A DNA stretch of 64,000 nt from Candidatus Uhrbacteria bacterium (GCA_943359325.1 CALRHD010000004.1:5836-69835), one strand, 5' to 3'; positions 33,783 through 43,561 are shown, numbered from the stretch's first letter. Made by a program: numbers and translations. The notes: a model not told the origin generated them from the letters alone.

Positions 33783-34343
33783 ATGAAAAATCTATTGTTT
33801 GCAGCAGCGGTGGTGTTGGTCTTAGGAGGATTTGGGTGCAAAACAGTAGAACCTGCAGCTGTCCCGGACACGAGTGCGAATGGTACGTCGTTAAAGGCGG
33901 AAGAGAAGGTTGAGGGCGTGTGGCATTTGACGTTTAATTTGCCAAAGGACTGGGTCATGGTTCCGCAATACGCAGAAGATTTTGAGAAACCCATCACGAG
34001 CCGCCCCATCAACTCTCAGCTGACCGACGTTGTGGTGCAGAGCACGAATAAGGTTATTGCATTAACCGGACACTCTGATTTGCCCGAGGGAACGTTTATC
34101 ACAGACGACTACACGTATATTCGTGCGTTCAGGATGGATAAAGCGAGCATCGTGCCTGCGGAAGCCGAAGATATTGGCAATGGTTTTTCTCGTCTCGTGC
34201 AAGGAGTGAACGCGACATTTTACATGAAGGGGCAGTATGCGAACTACAAATTTGTTGTATACCGCGACAATGCCGACCTTTCTGTTGCCGAGAATGTTGT
34301 GAAAAGTGCAAAAGAAGTAACTGACTTTGTTGCCACACCGTAA
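33783..34343 (+). CDS. hypothetical lipoprotein
   Basis: Signal peptide MKNLLFAAAVVLVLGGFGC with a lipobox (LGGFGC). 186 aa. Confidence 0.6.
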   Translation: MKNLLFAAAVVLVLGGFGCKTVEPAAVPDTSANGTSLKAEEKVEGVWHLTFNLPKDWVMVPQYAEDFEKPITSRPINSQLTDVVVQSTNKVIALTGHSDLPEGTFITDDYTYIRAFRMDKASIVPAEAEDIGNGFSRLVQGVNATFYMKGQYANYKFVVYRDNADLSVAENVVKSAKEVTDFVATP

Positions 34344-34390
34344 GTTTTTTGATAGCCTTGAGCGGCTGACGGCACTGCCACCAGCACCAC

Positions 34391-34466
34391 GGCCGCATGG
34401 CGAAGTGGTTAACGCGGCGGTCTGCAAAACCGCTATGCGCCGGTCCGACTCCGGCTGCGGCCTCCA
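34391..34466 (+). tRNA. tRNA-Cys (anticodon GCA)
   Basis: Acceptor GGCCGCA/TGCGGCC, discriminator U73, anticodon stem GCGGT/ACCGC with loop CTGCAAA, encoded CCA. T-loop reads TCCGACT (C at position 55), which is unusual. Confidence 0.7.
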
Positions 34467-34512
34467 TCCCCCTTTGCCCAATATGAATTGGGCTACGGAG
34501 GGATGTAAAATG

Positions 34513-34540
34513 AAATCCCCAATAAAGTGGGGATTTTATT
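34513..34540 (+). terminator. rho-independent terminator after tRNA-Cys
   Basis: AAATCCCCA-ataaag-TGGGGATTT followed by a T-rich stretch. Confidence 0.6.
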
Positions 34541-34707
34541 GTTTCAGGAGGGAGCGAATCGGCACAGATAGCACGCGTTGCCCACCGGTTGCCCAAACTT
34601 CTGATTTTGCCCTCGGATTTTCGAGAACCATGACTGCGTCACGGAGGCAGGAGGGCCGCTTTTTTATTTGCCACATCGTAGTATAATCAACCTTGGAGGA
34701 AGATAAC

Positions 34708-35163
34708 ATGACCATCGATTTGCTCAAGTTCGCCGCTCCGTGGGAGCGCCCGGACCATCAGCCTGATTTCCGTTTCGGAGGAGCCGCAACGCCAGCGACC
34801 ATGGACTTACCGGTGCCCGAGTGGGCACTGCGGCACATAGTAACCGCGGTTTCATCGTTCCCAATGGCGGAAGCCCGAATCCCTGATCGCGCAATTACTT
34901 CCAATAAACTCTCAACTGCCGACGGCCAGATCATCGAATTTCCGTTCGAAGGTCCCGCCTGGGTGTTCTTCCTGGACCTCGCTCCTGGTGCGCCGTGGGC
35001 ACATGAATGCAGGTATATCGCTGTCGTGAAGGGCCGCGATCCTTACCTCATCGAGGCTTGGAGCATGCCAGATCGGCGCGCGGACGGAATCCGCTTCATA
35101 CACCAGCGTGCTCTCCCGCACATCATGCACAGGCGGACGCCCAGCGCTGCAAGTCGTGGGTAA
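34708..35163 (+). CDS. hypothetical protein; GC-rich (about 60%) gene with strong SD (GGAGGA 8 nt upstream)
   Basis: 151 aa (MTIDLLKFAAPWERPDHQPDF...). Composition and RBS differ from neighbouring genes. Immediately downstream of tRNA-Cys. Confidence 0.55.
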   Translation: MTIDLLKFAAPWERPDHQPDFRFGGAATPATMDLPVPEWALRHIVTAVSSFPMAEARIPDRAITSNKLSTADGQIIEFPFEGPAWVFFLDLAPGAPWAHECRYIAVVKGRDPYLIEAWSMPDRRADGIRFIHQRALPHIMHRRTPSAASRG

Positions 35164-35262
35164 GAGGCTTCGCGGTACGTAGACGGGGCGGACAACTAGC
35201 GCTTCGTCGAGTGTCCCCATGGGCACTCATTTGTTTTTGCAAGGTACAAAACAAAAGGCAAA

Positions 35263-35682
35263 TTACGTCTCAAACAAAATCCGCATGACTTGCGGCAGCT
35301 CCATGGAGGCAAGATTTTTGGGGATAGTAGAAATAATATGCTTCACGACGTCGGTGTGAAGCGCATCGACAAGTTCGTTTTTGTTGGCTTCTGGAACGCA
35401 AAGAATGATGTCGACAAATTCATCTCGTGTGAGCTCTTGCAGTGCATTGGAAAGTGCATGGTATAGCTCGAGGCGGCGGTGTTGCTTTGCGGCGTCGAGG
35501 TCGGGCATTCCCGTGCCATTCGGTCGCGTTTCACGTTCGACGGGCTCTAATTCCGACGTTTCAATGACGCTATGCGCGATGATTTCGCGGTCATCAAGTG
35601 CAAAAAGTTTTGCGAGTTCGTTGTTCGTGAGAACGAGTAGCGTCTTTTGTGCAAAAGCAGGGTAGTGCTCCGAAATGTGCAT
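35263..35682 (-). CDS. hypothetical protein (about 139 aa)
   Basis: Only the C-terminal 139 codons (MHISEHYPAFAQKTLLVLTNNELAKLF...) look coding. The upstream part of the 267-aa ORF is Pro/Arg-rich antisense of the VIT gene. AAGGG immediately precedes the ATG. Confidence 0.5.
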   Translation of the reverse strand: MHISEHYPAFAQKTLLVLTNNELAKLFALDDREIIAHSVIETSELEPVERETRPNGTGMPDLDAAKQHRRLELYHALSNALQELTRDEFVDIILCVPEANKNELVDALHTDVVKHIISTIPKNLASMELPQVMRILFET

Positions 35683-35744
35683 ACCCTTATAGTATAAAGC
35701 CGAAAGCCGAAAGAGGAAAGCAAAACGTGATACAATGTGTGCGT

Positions 35745-36446
35745 ATGAGGCAACGGAGGCGCCGAGATTTTCTTGGCGGTGCAGTGAGGGAGGTTGTGTT
35801 TGGACTGGAGGACAGTCTGGTTTCCACGCTCGGCGCGGTGGCGGGGGTTTCGATTGGCAGCGGCGATCGCGGCGTGGTGATACTTGCGGGGCTTGTGCTC
35901 GTGACTGTAGAAGCGATTTCCATGGCAGCAGGAAGTTTTTTGTCGACGGAATCCGCACAACAAGTGTCAAAGGAGCGTCATGCGCAAGACTCTGCACGTA
36001 TTTTGCAGGAACGAGTGAGCGACGATGAGTCGATTGAAGCATTATTCCAGCGGAAAGGGTTTTCAAAAAACGAAATCACCTCTGCGCTTGATGCGCTGAA
36101 GCGAGAACGTCATATTTGGTTGAAAGAGATTACACGAGTTGAGCGTCGACTCTTTACCGCAGGTATTCACCCCACGTTTGCCGCCCTTGTGATGGGTATC
36201 ACATACTTTTTTGGCGGCGCCGTTACTCTTTTACCATATTTCTTTCTGCCCGTTGGTGCGGCAACACTCGTCGCCTTTTTCATCGCAATCTGCCTTCTGT
36301 TTTTCGTCGGCGTTTGGAAGGCGCGTATTGCGGGCCTTTCGCAGCTACGAAGTGGTGCCGAAATGGTTGCCGTTTCGCTCTTTGCTGCAGCGATAGGTAT
36401 GGCAGTCGGAAGAATCGCCGCAATGTCGCTTGGCGTCCAAACATAG
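35745..36446 (+). CDS. VIT1/CCC1-family (DUF125) membrane protein, putative iron/manganese transporter
   Basis: REVVFGLEDSLVSTLGAVAGVSIGSGDRGVVILAGLVLVTVEAISMAAGSFLSTES plus C-terminal TM helices, typical of the VIT family. Confidence 0.75.
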   Translation: MRQRRRRDFLGGAVREVVFGLEDSLVSTLGAVAGVSIGSGDRGVVILAGLVLVTVEAISMAAGSFLSTESAQQVSKERHAQDSARILQERVSDDESIEALFQRKGFSKNEITSALDALKRERHIWLKEITRVERRLFTAGIHPTFAALVMGITYFFGGAVTLLPYFFLPVGAATLVAFFIAICLLFFVGVWKARIAGLSQLRSGAEMVAVSLFAAAIGMAVGRIAAMSLGVQT

Positions 36447-36449
36447 CCT

Positions 36450-37442
36450 ATGTTGCTGCACCGTTTTACAAAAATACACGCGCCAGAATTTCCCACAGGC
36501 ATGGAGTGGCTTGGCGGCGCACCTTTGACGATGCAGCACTTGCGCGGCAAGCCTGTGCTCATCGATTTTTGGACATTCTCGTGTGTGAATTGCCTTCGTA
36601 CGCAACCTCACCTCACGTCGTGGCACGAAAAGTATGCGAAGCTCGGCCTGCAGATTATCGGCGTTCACACGCCCGAATTTGCGTTTGAGAAAGACGTTAC
36701 GAATGTGAAAAAAGCTATTGCACAGCTTGGTGTGCCGTACCCTGTGGTGCTTGATAATGACTATGCCATTTGGAACCTGTATGCAAACCGCTGGTGGCCG
36801 AGAAAATTCCTCATCGACAAGAACGGTACGATTGTGTACGACCATGTCGGTGAAGGCGGCTACGGCGAAACCGAAATGGCTATTCAAAAGGCGCTCATGG
36901 ATGCAGGCGTCAAAAAGCTGCCGCGTATCGACGCAGACACGTCTGGCGATGGCGGAGTGTGCTACAAAACAACGGCCGAAACGTATCTGGGCTATCTCCG
37001 CGGGAAGATTGGCAACGCAGAGGCCTTTTTGCCTGACGCCGAAGAAGCATTTACTGACCGCGGCATGCACGATGATGATGCGGTATATCTCCACGGTCAT
37101 TGGCGACTCGCAGGCGAATTTGTGGAGCACACGCGGCGTGTTGCTACGGCGTCGGAGTATTTACTTCTCACATACAGCGCATTTGGTGTGAACCTCGTCA
37201 TGGAGACTGCAGACGGGAAAGCGGCAACTATTGACGTTGAGCTCGACGGCTTACCCATTGCGCCCGACATGGCTGGCGAGGACGTCACATTCGTAAAAGG
37301 TCGCGCCATTGTTACGGTCAAAGAAGCAAGAATGTATCGCCTTGTGAAGGCAGACGTTTACCACCGGGGCGCTCTTAAACTTTCAACCGGCTCTTCAGGG
37401 TTGCGAATGTATGCGTTTACGTTTGATGGGTGTGCGCAGTGA
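36450..37442 (+). CDS. thioredoxin-like (redoxin/DipZ C-terminal-like) protein
   Basis: LRGKPVLIDFWTFSCVNCLRTQPHLTSWHEKYAKLGLQIIGVHTPEF (CxxC redoxin fold) followed by a roughly 180-aa beta-rich C-terminal domain. Confidence 0.7.
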   Translation: MLLHRFTKIHAPEFPTGMEWLGGAPLTMQHLRGKPVLIDFWTFSCVNCLRTQPHLTSWHEKYAKLGLQIIGVHTPEFAFEKDVTNVKKAIAQLGVPYPVVLDNDYAIWNLYANRWWPRKFLIDKNGTIVYDHVGEGGYGETEMAIQKALMDAGVKKLPRIDADTSGDGGVCYKTTAETYLGYLRGKIGNAEAFLPDAEEAFTDRGMHDDDAVYLHGHWRLAGEFVEHTRRVATASEYLLLTYSAFGVNLVMETADGKAATIDVELDGLPIAPDMAGEDVTFVKGRAIVTVKEARMYRLVKADVYHRGALKLSTGSSGLRMYAFTFDGCAQ

Positions 37443-37472
37443 CAAAATATTCGCAATACACTACACTCGGCG

Positions 37473-38633
37473 GTGATTATGCCTGCACGCCGAATATATT
37501 TGGACTATGCTGCGGCGACGCCTATGGACGCGCGGGTTTTGGCGGCGATGACACCGTTTTTTGCAGAGTTGTTTGGAAATCCGTCGTCGGTGTACGCCGA
37601 AGGTCGAGTAGCACGAAAGGCGATGAACGATGCAAGAAAAAGCGTTGCAGTGGCGCTCAATGCTCGTTCTGACGAGATTATTTTTACGAATGGCGTGACT
37701 GAGGCGATAAACATTGCGTTGCAAGGAGTTTTACGCGCCGCATCAGAGAAAAAGCATGTTGTGACGATTGCGACAGAGCATAAAGCAACCCTCAATGCAC
37801 TCGAAAGAGAGGACATTGACGTGACGTTTGTTTCGGTCGCCTCGATTGGCAGTGTTGCAGTGAACGATATCGTTGCCGCAATCCGTCCTGACACTGCGCT
37901 CGTCACCATGATGTATGCAAACAATGAGATCGGCACCATTGCGCCGATTGCAGAAATTGGAAAGGCAATTGCGAAGCATCGCCGCACCACAAAGTCGGCG
38001 TACCCACTTTTTCATATTGACGCTGCACAGGCAGGAAATTATCTCGATCTCGATGTTGAGGGTCTTCATGTTGACATGATGAGTCTTTCGGCAGGAAAAA
38101 TGGGTGGTCCAAAAGCGAGCGGTGTGCTGTATATAAAAAAAGGTACGGCAATTTCGCCAATTTTGTTTGGGGGCAATCAAGAGCACGGGTTACGTCCAGG
38201 AACAGAAAATGTTGCAGGCATTGTAGGCTTCGCGATTGCACTGACGACTGCCATTTCAGAGCGTGAAAAAAATACGGCTCATGTTGCGATATTACGCGAT
38301 GCGCTGAAAAACGGCATTCTTTCTCTTGCACCGAATGCGACCGTGAACGGTGGCATGGAAAACCGTTTACCGAATAATGTGAACATCGCATTTCATGGCG
38401 TCGACGGCGAGGCGCTTGTGATGTACCTTGATGAGCGTGGCATTGCTGCGTCGACCGCGTCGTCGTGTGCAGGAGCGCAGTCAATGAGTCATGTGCTGAT
38501 TGCGCTTGGTATGGGCATTGACGCCGTAAAAAGCAGTGTGCGTTTTACACTCGGTGCCGCGACAACACAGGCTGACGTCGACGAAACCCTTGCCGCACTT
38601 GCAGATATTTTGACTATCCTTCCCCGTATATGA
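37473..38633 (+). CDS. iscS: cysteine desulfurase (class V aminotransferase, IscS/NifS family)
   Basis: IYLDYAAATPMD...NPSSVYAEGR..., PLP-lysine region SLSAGKMGGPKASGVLYIKKG, active-site Cys region ASTASSCAGA. Confidence 0.9.
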   Translation: MIMPARRIYLDYAAATPMDARVLAAMTPFFAELFGNPSSVYAEGRVARKAMNDARKSVAVALNARSDEIIFTNGVTEAINIALQGVLRAASEKKHVVTIATEHKATLNALEREDIDVTFVSVASIGSVAVNDIVAAIRPDTALVTMMYANNEIGTIAPIAEIGKAIAKHRRTTKSAYPLFHIDAAQAGNYLDLDVEGLHVDMMSLSAGKMGGPKASGVLYIKKGTAISPILFGGNQEHGLRPGTENVAGIVGFAIALTTAISEREKNTAHVAILRDALKNGILSLAPNATVNGGMENRLPNNVNIAFHGVDGEALVMYLDERGIAASTASSCAGAQSMSHVLIALGMGIDAVKSSVRFTLGAATTQADVDETLAALADILTILPRI

Positions 38634-38896
38634 AACTTCGCATCGTTGTCGACCCTGACCTGTGCATTGGCGCTGCAAGCTGCGTCACTATTGCGCCCGA
38701 AACATTTCAGTTGAACGTTGAAAACAAGGCAGAAGTGCTTGACCACGGCGTACAAGAAGGTGAGCCGTCGTACGAACGGACAATCGAATGTACCGAGTCA
38801 GAAAAAGACGCCATCATCCTCGGTGCCCAGTCTTGCCCTACGCTTGCCATTACTATTTTTGATGAAGCAGGAGCACAGCTCTATCCAGAAGTTTAG
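38630..38896 (+). CDS. small ferredoxin (single [4Fe-4S]/[3Fe-4S] type)
   Basis: 88 aa: VDPDLCIGAASCVTIAPETF...AQSCPTLAI. ATGA overlap with iscS. Confidence 0.7.
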   Translation: MKLRIVVDPDLCIGAASCVTIAPETFQLNVENKAEVLDHGVQEGEPSYERTIECTESEKDAIILGAQSCPTLAITIFDEAGAQLYPEV

Positions 38897-38903
38897 TAAA
38901 GAT

Positions 38904-40082
38904 ATGCGTTATCTCATTATCGGCGGAGGTATTGCAGGAACGACCGCAGCAGAGGAGCTGCGGAAGATTGACGCTGCTGCCGAGATTACGATTATTGATC
39001 ACGAGGATAACGTCTGCTATTCGCGCGTGCTGTTGCCGCACTATGTGAAAGGCGTCGTGCCGCGCGAGAAAGTTTTTTTGCGAAAGCCTGAGTGGTATGG
39101 TGCGCAACGGATCGAGGCGTTTTTCGGCACGATCGTCATGTCGATTGATACAAAAAATAAACATGTTGTCGTCGATAGTGGGCGCGAAATTCCCTACGAC
39201 GTGTTGCTGATTACAACAGGCGGCGAAGTAAACACCGCGCCAGAAGACATGCGCGGCGTTTCATATCTGCACACACTTGGTGACGCCGACCATTTCTTGG
39301 AACTTTTGCGTGAAGTGACACAACTTCCAAAAGAGGAGCAATGCGCGACGGTATTGGGTGGGGGATTTATCGCCCTTGAGTACATCAATATTTTTTCACA
39401 CTTCGGCATTCCGACGACGGTGATAAAACGGAGCAGCGGCTTTTGGTCACGGACGCTTTCGGAACACGCGCAAGCGGTGCTGGCGAATCATGCAACATCT
39501 CATGGCGTTACTTTGCTCACGAACGAGTTGAACCCGAAACTTGAGGGTAAAAAAACGCTCGAGTCGGTTGTAACGGCGAGTGGCAAGCGCATTCCCACAC
39601 GTATTCTTGGGGTCGGCATAGGCATTCACGCCGATACCGCGCTTTTTATTGACGCAGGAATTTTTTGTGGTGAGGGTATTCTCGCGTCCTCAACGCTCGA
39701 AACCAATGTGGATGGCGTGTATACTGCAGGAGACGTTGCAGAGCCGGAACACCCGCTCTATGGCCGTCCTGTGCAGATCGGCAATTGGCAAAGCGCGCAA
39801 ATGCAGGGCAGGGCAGTGGCGAAAACAATGTCAGGGGCTTCTACGGTGTTTGAGGCGGTGACGTCGTATGCGACAAATCTGCTTGGTATGCACGTCGTGT
39901 TTGTTGGCGACACGAGTAGGGCTCATGCCGAACGTGTGGAGTCACATAAGGCAACGCCAACGTCGTCGGTCGACCTCTTTTTCCGCGACAACCGCATTGT
40001 TGGCGCAACACTCGTTGGCGATGTGAGCGACCGTGCAGCAATTACGAAGGCGATTCAAGAGAAATATGCTCGACTCGCATAA
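38904..40082 (+). CDS. FAD-dependent pyridine-nucleotide-disulfide oxidoreductase (ferredoxin/rubredoxin-reductase-like)
   Basis: MRYLIIGGGIAGTTAAEELRK (FAD GxGxxG), second NAD(P) fold VLGGGFIALE, motif TAGDVA. Start at the internal ATG 8 nt after the ferredoxin stop. Confidence 0.8.
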   Translation: MRYLIIGGGIAGTTAAEELRKIDAAAEITIIDHEDNVCYSRVLLPHYVKGVVPREKVFLRKPEWYGAQRIEAFFGTIVMSIDTKNKHVVVDSGREIPYDVLLITTGGEVNTAPEDMRGVSYLHTLGDADHFLELLREVTQLPKEEQCATVLGGGFIALEYINIFSHFGIPTTVIKRSSGFWSRTLSEHAQAVLANHATSHGVTLLTNELNPKLEGKKTLESVVTASGKRIPTRILGVGIGIHADTALFIDAGIFCGEGILASSTLETNVDGVYTAGDVAEPEHPLYGRPVQIGNWQSAQMQGRAVAKTMSGASTVFEAVTSYATNLLGMHVVFVGDTSRAHAERVESHKATPTSSVDLFFRDNRIVGATLVGDVSDRAAITKAIQEKYARLA

Positions 40083-41115
40083 AACCTACGCGGCCTACGA
40101 CCCCGATGGGGTTGGTTTTCAGATTGAGCATTTGGCGGAGCAAGTGCGCATGGCGTGGCGGGATAGTCGTGGTGTTGCGTTGCCAAGCCGCTACAAGAAA
40201 GTGTCGCGTGTACTTGTTGTCGCGCTCGGAAGTTCGGCATTGAGTGCGGAGTTGCTTGCGTCGGCATTTACAAAAAAACTTTCAGTTCCTGTCGACATTC
40301 TTCGCAGCTATGCACTGCCGTTGTGGGTTGGAAAGGACACACTTATCGTGCTTTTGAGCTTTTCGGGTAGCACTGAAGAAGTTTTATCTGTGGCGCACGA
40401 GGCACGGCGACGTCGGTTGACTGTTGCAGTGTGTACGACAGGTGGTGCGCTTGCGGAAATTGCTGCGGACGCAAAATGGCCGATTATCCATTTTACGTCC
40501 AATGAATTTGCAGGTGAGGCGCGATATGGACAGGGGTTTTCGTCCATGAGTGTACTCGGCATTCTTCGCGCAGCAGGGTTATGCAGTGTTCAGGATGACG
40601 ACGTACGGCGAATGCGCCAAGCAATGGGCGATGTGCTCGATACGTGTGCCGTTGACGTACCAACGAAGGATAATCCTGCGAAAACTGTCGCCGAGGCGCT
40701 CGTTGGTCGCACCGTATTTGTCGTCGGTACAGAACATCTCACTGGCAATACGCGTATTTTCCAAGATCAGATTCACACGAGCGCGAAACAGTTTGCGTTT
40801 TCGCTTCCTGAGTTAAACAACCATTTTCTTGAAGCGTTTACGTTCCCAAAGAATTTTGTGAAAAATATTACGATCGTCATGTTGCGTTCTGCGCACTATG
40901 ATGCCCGTATCCAAAAGCGTTTCGACGTTATCGCGGAAGTATTCGAGACGATGGGCATGGAAGTTGTTGACTATGTCGCAGGAGGCAAAGACGCCATTGA
41001 AGAATGTGCGGAAGTGCTTCAGTTTAGCAGTTTTGTTTCGTACTATCTCGCGATGTGTAATAAAATAAATCCTCGCAATTTGCCTGTTGTCACCGCGTTC
41101 AAAAAACGTTTATAG
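40066..41115 (+). CDS. bifunctional phosphoglucose/phosphomannose isomerase (SIS domain)
   Basis: MLDSHKTYAAYDPDG...VVALGSSALSAELLAS...LLSFSGSTEEVL... is the archaeal-type PGI/PMI pattern. Overlaps the upstream gene by 17 nt. Confidence 0.7.
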   Translation: MLDSHKTYAAYDPDGVGFQIEHLAEQVRMAWRDSRGVALPSRYKKVSRVLVVALGSSALSAELLASAFTKKLSVPVDILRSYALPLWVGKDTLIVLLSFSGSTEEVLSVAHEARRRRLTVAVCTTGGALAEIAADAKWPIIHFTSNEFAGEARYGQGFSSMSVLGILRAAGLCSVQDDDVRRMRQAMGDVLDTCAVDVPTKDNPAKTVAEALVGRTVFVVGTEHLTGNTRIFQDQIHTSAKQFAFSLPELNNHFLEAFTFPKNFVKNITIVMLRSAHYDARIQKRFDVIAEVFETMGMEVVDYVAGGKDAIEECAEVLQFSSFVSYYLAMCNKINPRNLPVVTAFKKRL

Positions 41116-41273
41116 AGCCTGTTTATTATCTTTCTTCCGACTCCCTTTGGCGCTGTTTTGGCTGCAAAATTTTCAGATCTCCTCAACGTAGCTATGGCTA
41201 TGTTTCGTCGATCTTCAAATTTTTCGCTCAAAACATCATCCAAATGTCTCTGGAAGCAAGATTATAAATAGGC

Positions 41274-41319
41274 TCTAAAAGAAGAGGCGCGGCGACTGTA
41301 TTGCTACAGCCACCGCGCC
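41274..41319 (-). terminator. terminator of the 745-aa membrane-protein gene
   Basis: On the minus strand: GGCGCGGTGG-ctgtagcaatacag-TCGCCGCGCC followed by TCTTCTTTT. Confidence 0.5.
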
Positions 41320-41326
41320 ACGATTG

Positions 41327-43561
41327 TCACCCCTTGAACCACCAGCCGCACTCCGCCTTTTTCGTGGCGCACTGCTTGGCGATCTCGACGAACGGGTACT
41401 TGCCATCTTCTGCTGGCATCGTGAGGAGTTCACGGTGTTGTTCAACCTCTTTGCAGAGGTCGATTACATTGCCGTCTGACCTCGGGTCGCTGTACAGGAT
41501 TGGCCCGTATAACGCCTGAGTTTCTGCGAGCTTCCGTGTTGCCACGTTGCACGCGTCGCCGACAGGTTCCTTTTTCTCCGCCAATACAGAGACCGATCGG
41601 TCGCGCAAGGCTTCCCACCGTACCGTATTGTCGACGTAAGTGGCAAAACCACCAGCGGCAACGTTACACTCTGCTGTTTCCTCGTATCCACGACACACCT
41701 TGTACCACCCGTAGCCATTGTGCGCTACAGATACCACGAGACTGGATGCGTAGATCATTATGCCGATTACTCCGATGAGTGGCGCCAGCTTCTTCAGCAT
41801 GGAGACACGTTGTCCTGCGAGGGTCTTTTTCAAGTCCCCCGGAGCATCTTCGGAATCGCCCGCAAGCATACGACTTGCGAGAATCACTGCCAGCCCGAGA
41901 GCCAGCGAAGTGAGTGCCATGGTCGTGAGTGTCCAGAACTTTGGTGCGACCATCGTCAGGATCGCGTACAGAAACGGCGTTGCAAGCACGACGATCATGA
42001 GCGTCCCCGTGATTCGGTGCACACGCGTCGGTACTCCGACCGTTGCTGCATGTCCGACTGCCGCCAGACGGTTGTTGCCCCCTGCCAGACGGAGGAATAA
42101 CCCTGCAAAGTCGTCCGCAGGCCAGAGCAGATGCCCGGCGATGACGGTGACAACCACCGTTTCGACGAGCGTCAGCCACTGAAACTGCCACGCCATTGCC
42201 ACAAGACCGAAGACGAAGATGATCACAGGCAGCACCGAGGTGCTCCATGCAATCACTGCGACTCGTTTCACAATGTCGACGAGGTAACGCCGCCGCCATG
42301 CATCAAACTCCTTGGCGTTGTCGCCCTCGTCCTTGCCACTGGGTGGGGAAGGACGACTGCGTGCCACGTAGATGGCACTCGTGAGATAGGATGCTCCCAC
42401 GAAGAACCAAAACATGATGTTCGCGCCGAGGCCGCTCCATCGCATGAAGTACTCAGCCGGCGAAAGCGCTGCTTTGGACAGCACGCTCTCCGAGGTGAGC
42501 CAGACCCATCGTACTTGCGCCACGGCCAGCACCAAGAGCACAAGGCTCATGAAGCCGACGGGCACACTGTACGTTGCACGACCAGCAGCCAAGACGCTGG
42601 GGTAGACGACGTTCTCCACGTCATCAACTATGGTTTCGATGCCTCCTGGACTGAGAACCTTCTTCAAAGGTCCACGTAGCGCTTCTGGCACGCCCGCTCC
42701 ATTGAAGAAGGCGTCGAACCGATCGACGACTGCAACAGGGATCGATGAACCGTGGCGCCCGTAGTGATCGTTGATGAGGTCGCCGATGAGCGCAACGGTC
42801 TTCGGGTCCTTGAGGAAGTCGACTGGCGTCAGGTGAACAAGATCACCGAGGCGATCGAGTTCACCATTTCCCCAGAACGAGATGAGCTCGTTCATCGATT
42901 CGGCTGCGTTGTGCTGCACGGCTTCAACAGTCGCCTTGCGCAGCTCTGCGGCGATGCCGACAATTGCATACTTGTCGACGCCCGCCCGCTGTTCTTCATC
43001 TGCAAGTTCGGCAAGCCGCTTGTAGATGCTGCGTTGCGGTTTTGCGATGAGCGTGAGCGCATCGATAAATTCCGGTAGGTTCTTCACCGGCGGGGTTGTG
43101 CCGCCTCCGGTTTGGGTTGTGGTGTCCACATTGCCTCCTGAGAGAATGGTGGTGAGTGTTTGTTGGAATGTCGGCTTCATGCCGTCCTCCAGGTTCTTCT
43201 GGTTTGTTGCCGCATTTTGCAGCATCGTGCCAATTGTGATTCTTGCGGCGGGAAACGCCACAACCGCCGTGTTGCGGAGTGCACTGCCTTCGGGCAGCCA
43301 CCGAATTATTGCATCTTCGACAGCCTCGTGAAGTATGAATCGCACCGGAAACGGAACTGCCATATAGGCAGCCGCCGCGATCGCGACCAATTCTTCTGCA
43401 CCTCGGACGAACTCAGGCTTGTAGAAACGGTTCAGTGCCGATGTTGTTGCATCTTCAACAACCTTCGCTCTATTGATCGCTCCTGCAGCGCTGAAGGCCT
43501 TTAGGCCCATGTCTACTGCAAATTTTGTCAGTCGTTCGGCCGGGGTCATTTTTCCAGCCAT
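41327..43561 (-). CDS. large polytopic membrane protein: roughly 340-aa cytoplasmic N-domain, at least 7 TM helices, Cys-rich extracytoplasmic C-terminal domain; GC-rich; possibly T4SS-associated (VirB6/TrbL-like is speculative)
   Basis: 745 aa from ATG 43561 (MAGKMTPAERL...), with AGGAG 7 nt upstream. TM runs include LVLLVLAVAQVRWVWL, IMFWFFVGASYLTSAIYVA, VIIFVFGLVAMAWQF, LMIVVLATPFLYAILTMVA and LIGVIGIMIYASSLVVSVA. C-terminus has 6 Cys (CRGYEETAECN...CNVATRK...CKEV...CATKKAECGWWFKG). Confidence 0.65.
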   Translation of the reverse strand: MAGKMTPAERLTKFAVDMGLKAFSAAGAINRAKVVEDATTSALNRFYKPEFVRGAEELVAIAAAAYMAVPFPVRFILHEAVEDAIIRWLPEGSALRNTAVVAFPAARITIGTMLQNAATNQKNLEDGMKPTFQQTLTTILSGGNVDTTTQTGGGTTPPVKNLPEFIDALTLIAKPQRSIYKRLAELADEEQRAGVDKYAIVGIAAELRKATVEAVQHNAAESMNELISFWGNGELDRLGDLVHLTPVDFLKDPKTVALIGDLINDHYGRHGSSIPVAVVDRFDAFFNGAGVPEALRGPLKKVLSPGGIETIVDDVENVVYPSVLAAGRATYSVPVGFMSLVLLVLAVAQVRWVWLTSESVLSKAALSPAEYFMRWSGLGANIMFWFFVGASYLTSAIYVARSRPSPPSGKDEGDNAKEFDAWRRRYLVDIVKRVAVIAWSTSVLPVIIFVFGLVAMAWQFQWLTLVETVVVTVIAGHLLWPADDFAGLFLRLAGGNNRLAAVGHAATVGVPTRVHRITGTLMIVVLATPFLYAILTMVAPKFWTLTTMALTSLALGLAVILASRMLAGDSEDAPGDLKKTLAGQRVSMLKKLAPLIGVIGIMIYASSLVVSVAHNGYGWYKVCRGYEETAECNVAAGGFATYVDNTVRWEALRDRSVSVLAEKKEPVGDACNVATRKLAETQALYGPILYSDPRSDGNVIDLCKEVEQHRELLTMPAEDGKYPFVEIAKQCATKKAECGWWFKG

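Noticed and set aside
36345-37130. 261-aa minus-strand ORF opposite the thioredoxin-like gene
   Set aside because: Antisense artefact. The plus frame has a clear CxxC redoxin domain.
41664-43504. Several 90-210-aa ORFs on both strands inside the 745-aa membrane-protein gene
   Set aside because: His/Arg/Cys-rich, overlapping a long uninterrupted frame with coherent TM topology. Typical of GC-rich antisense frames.
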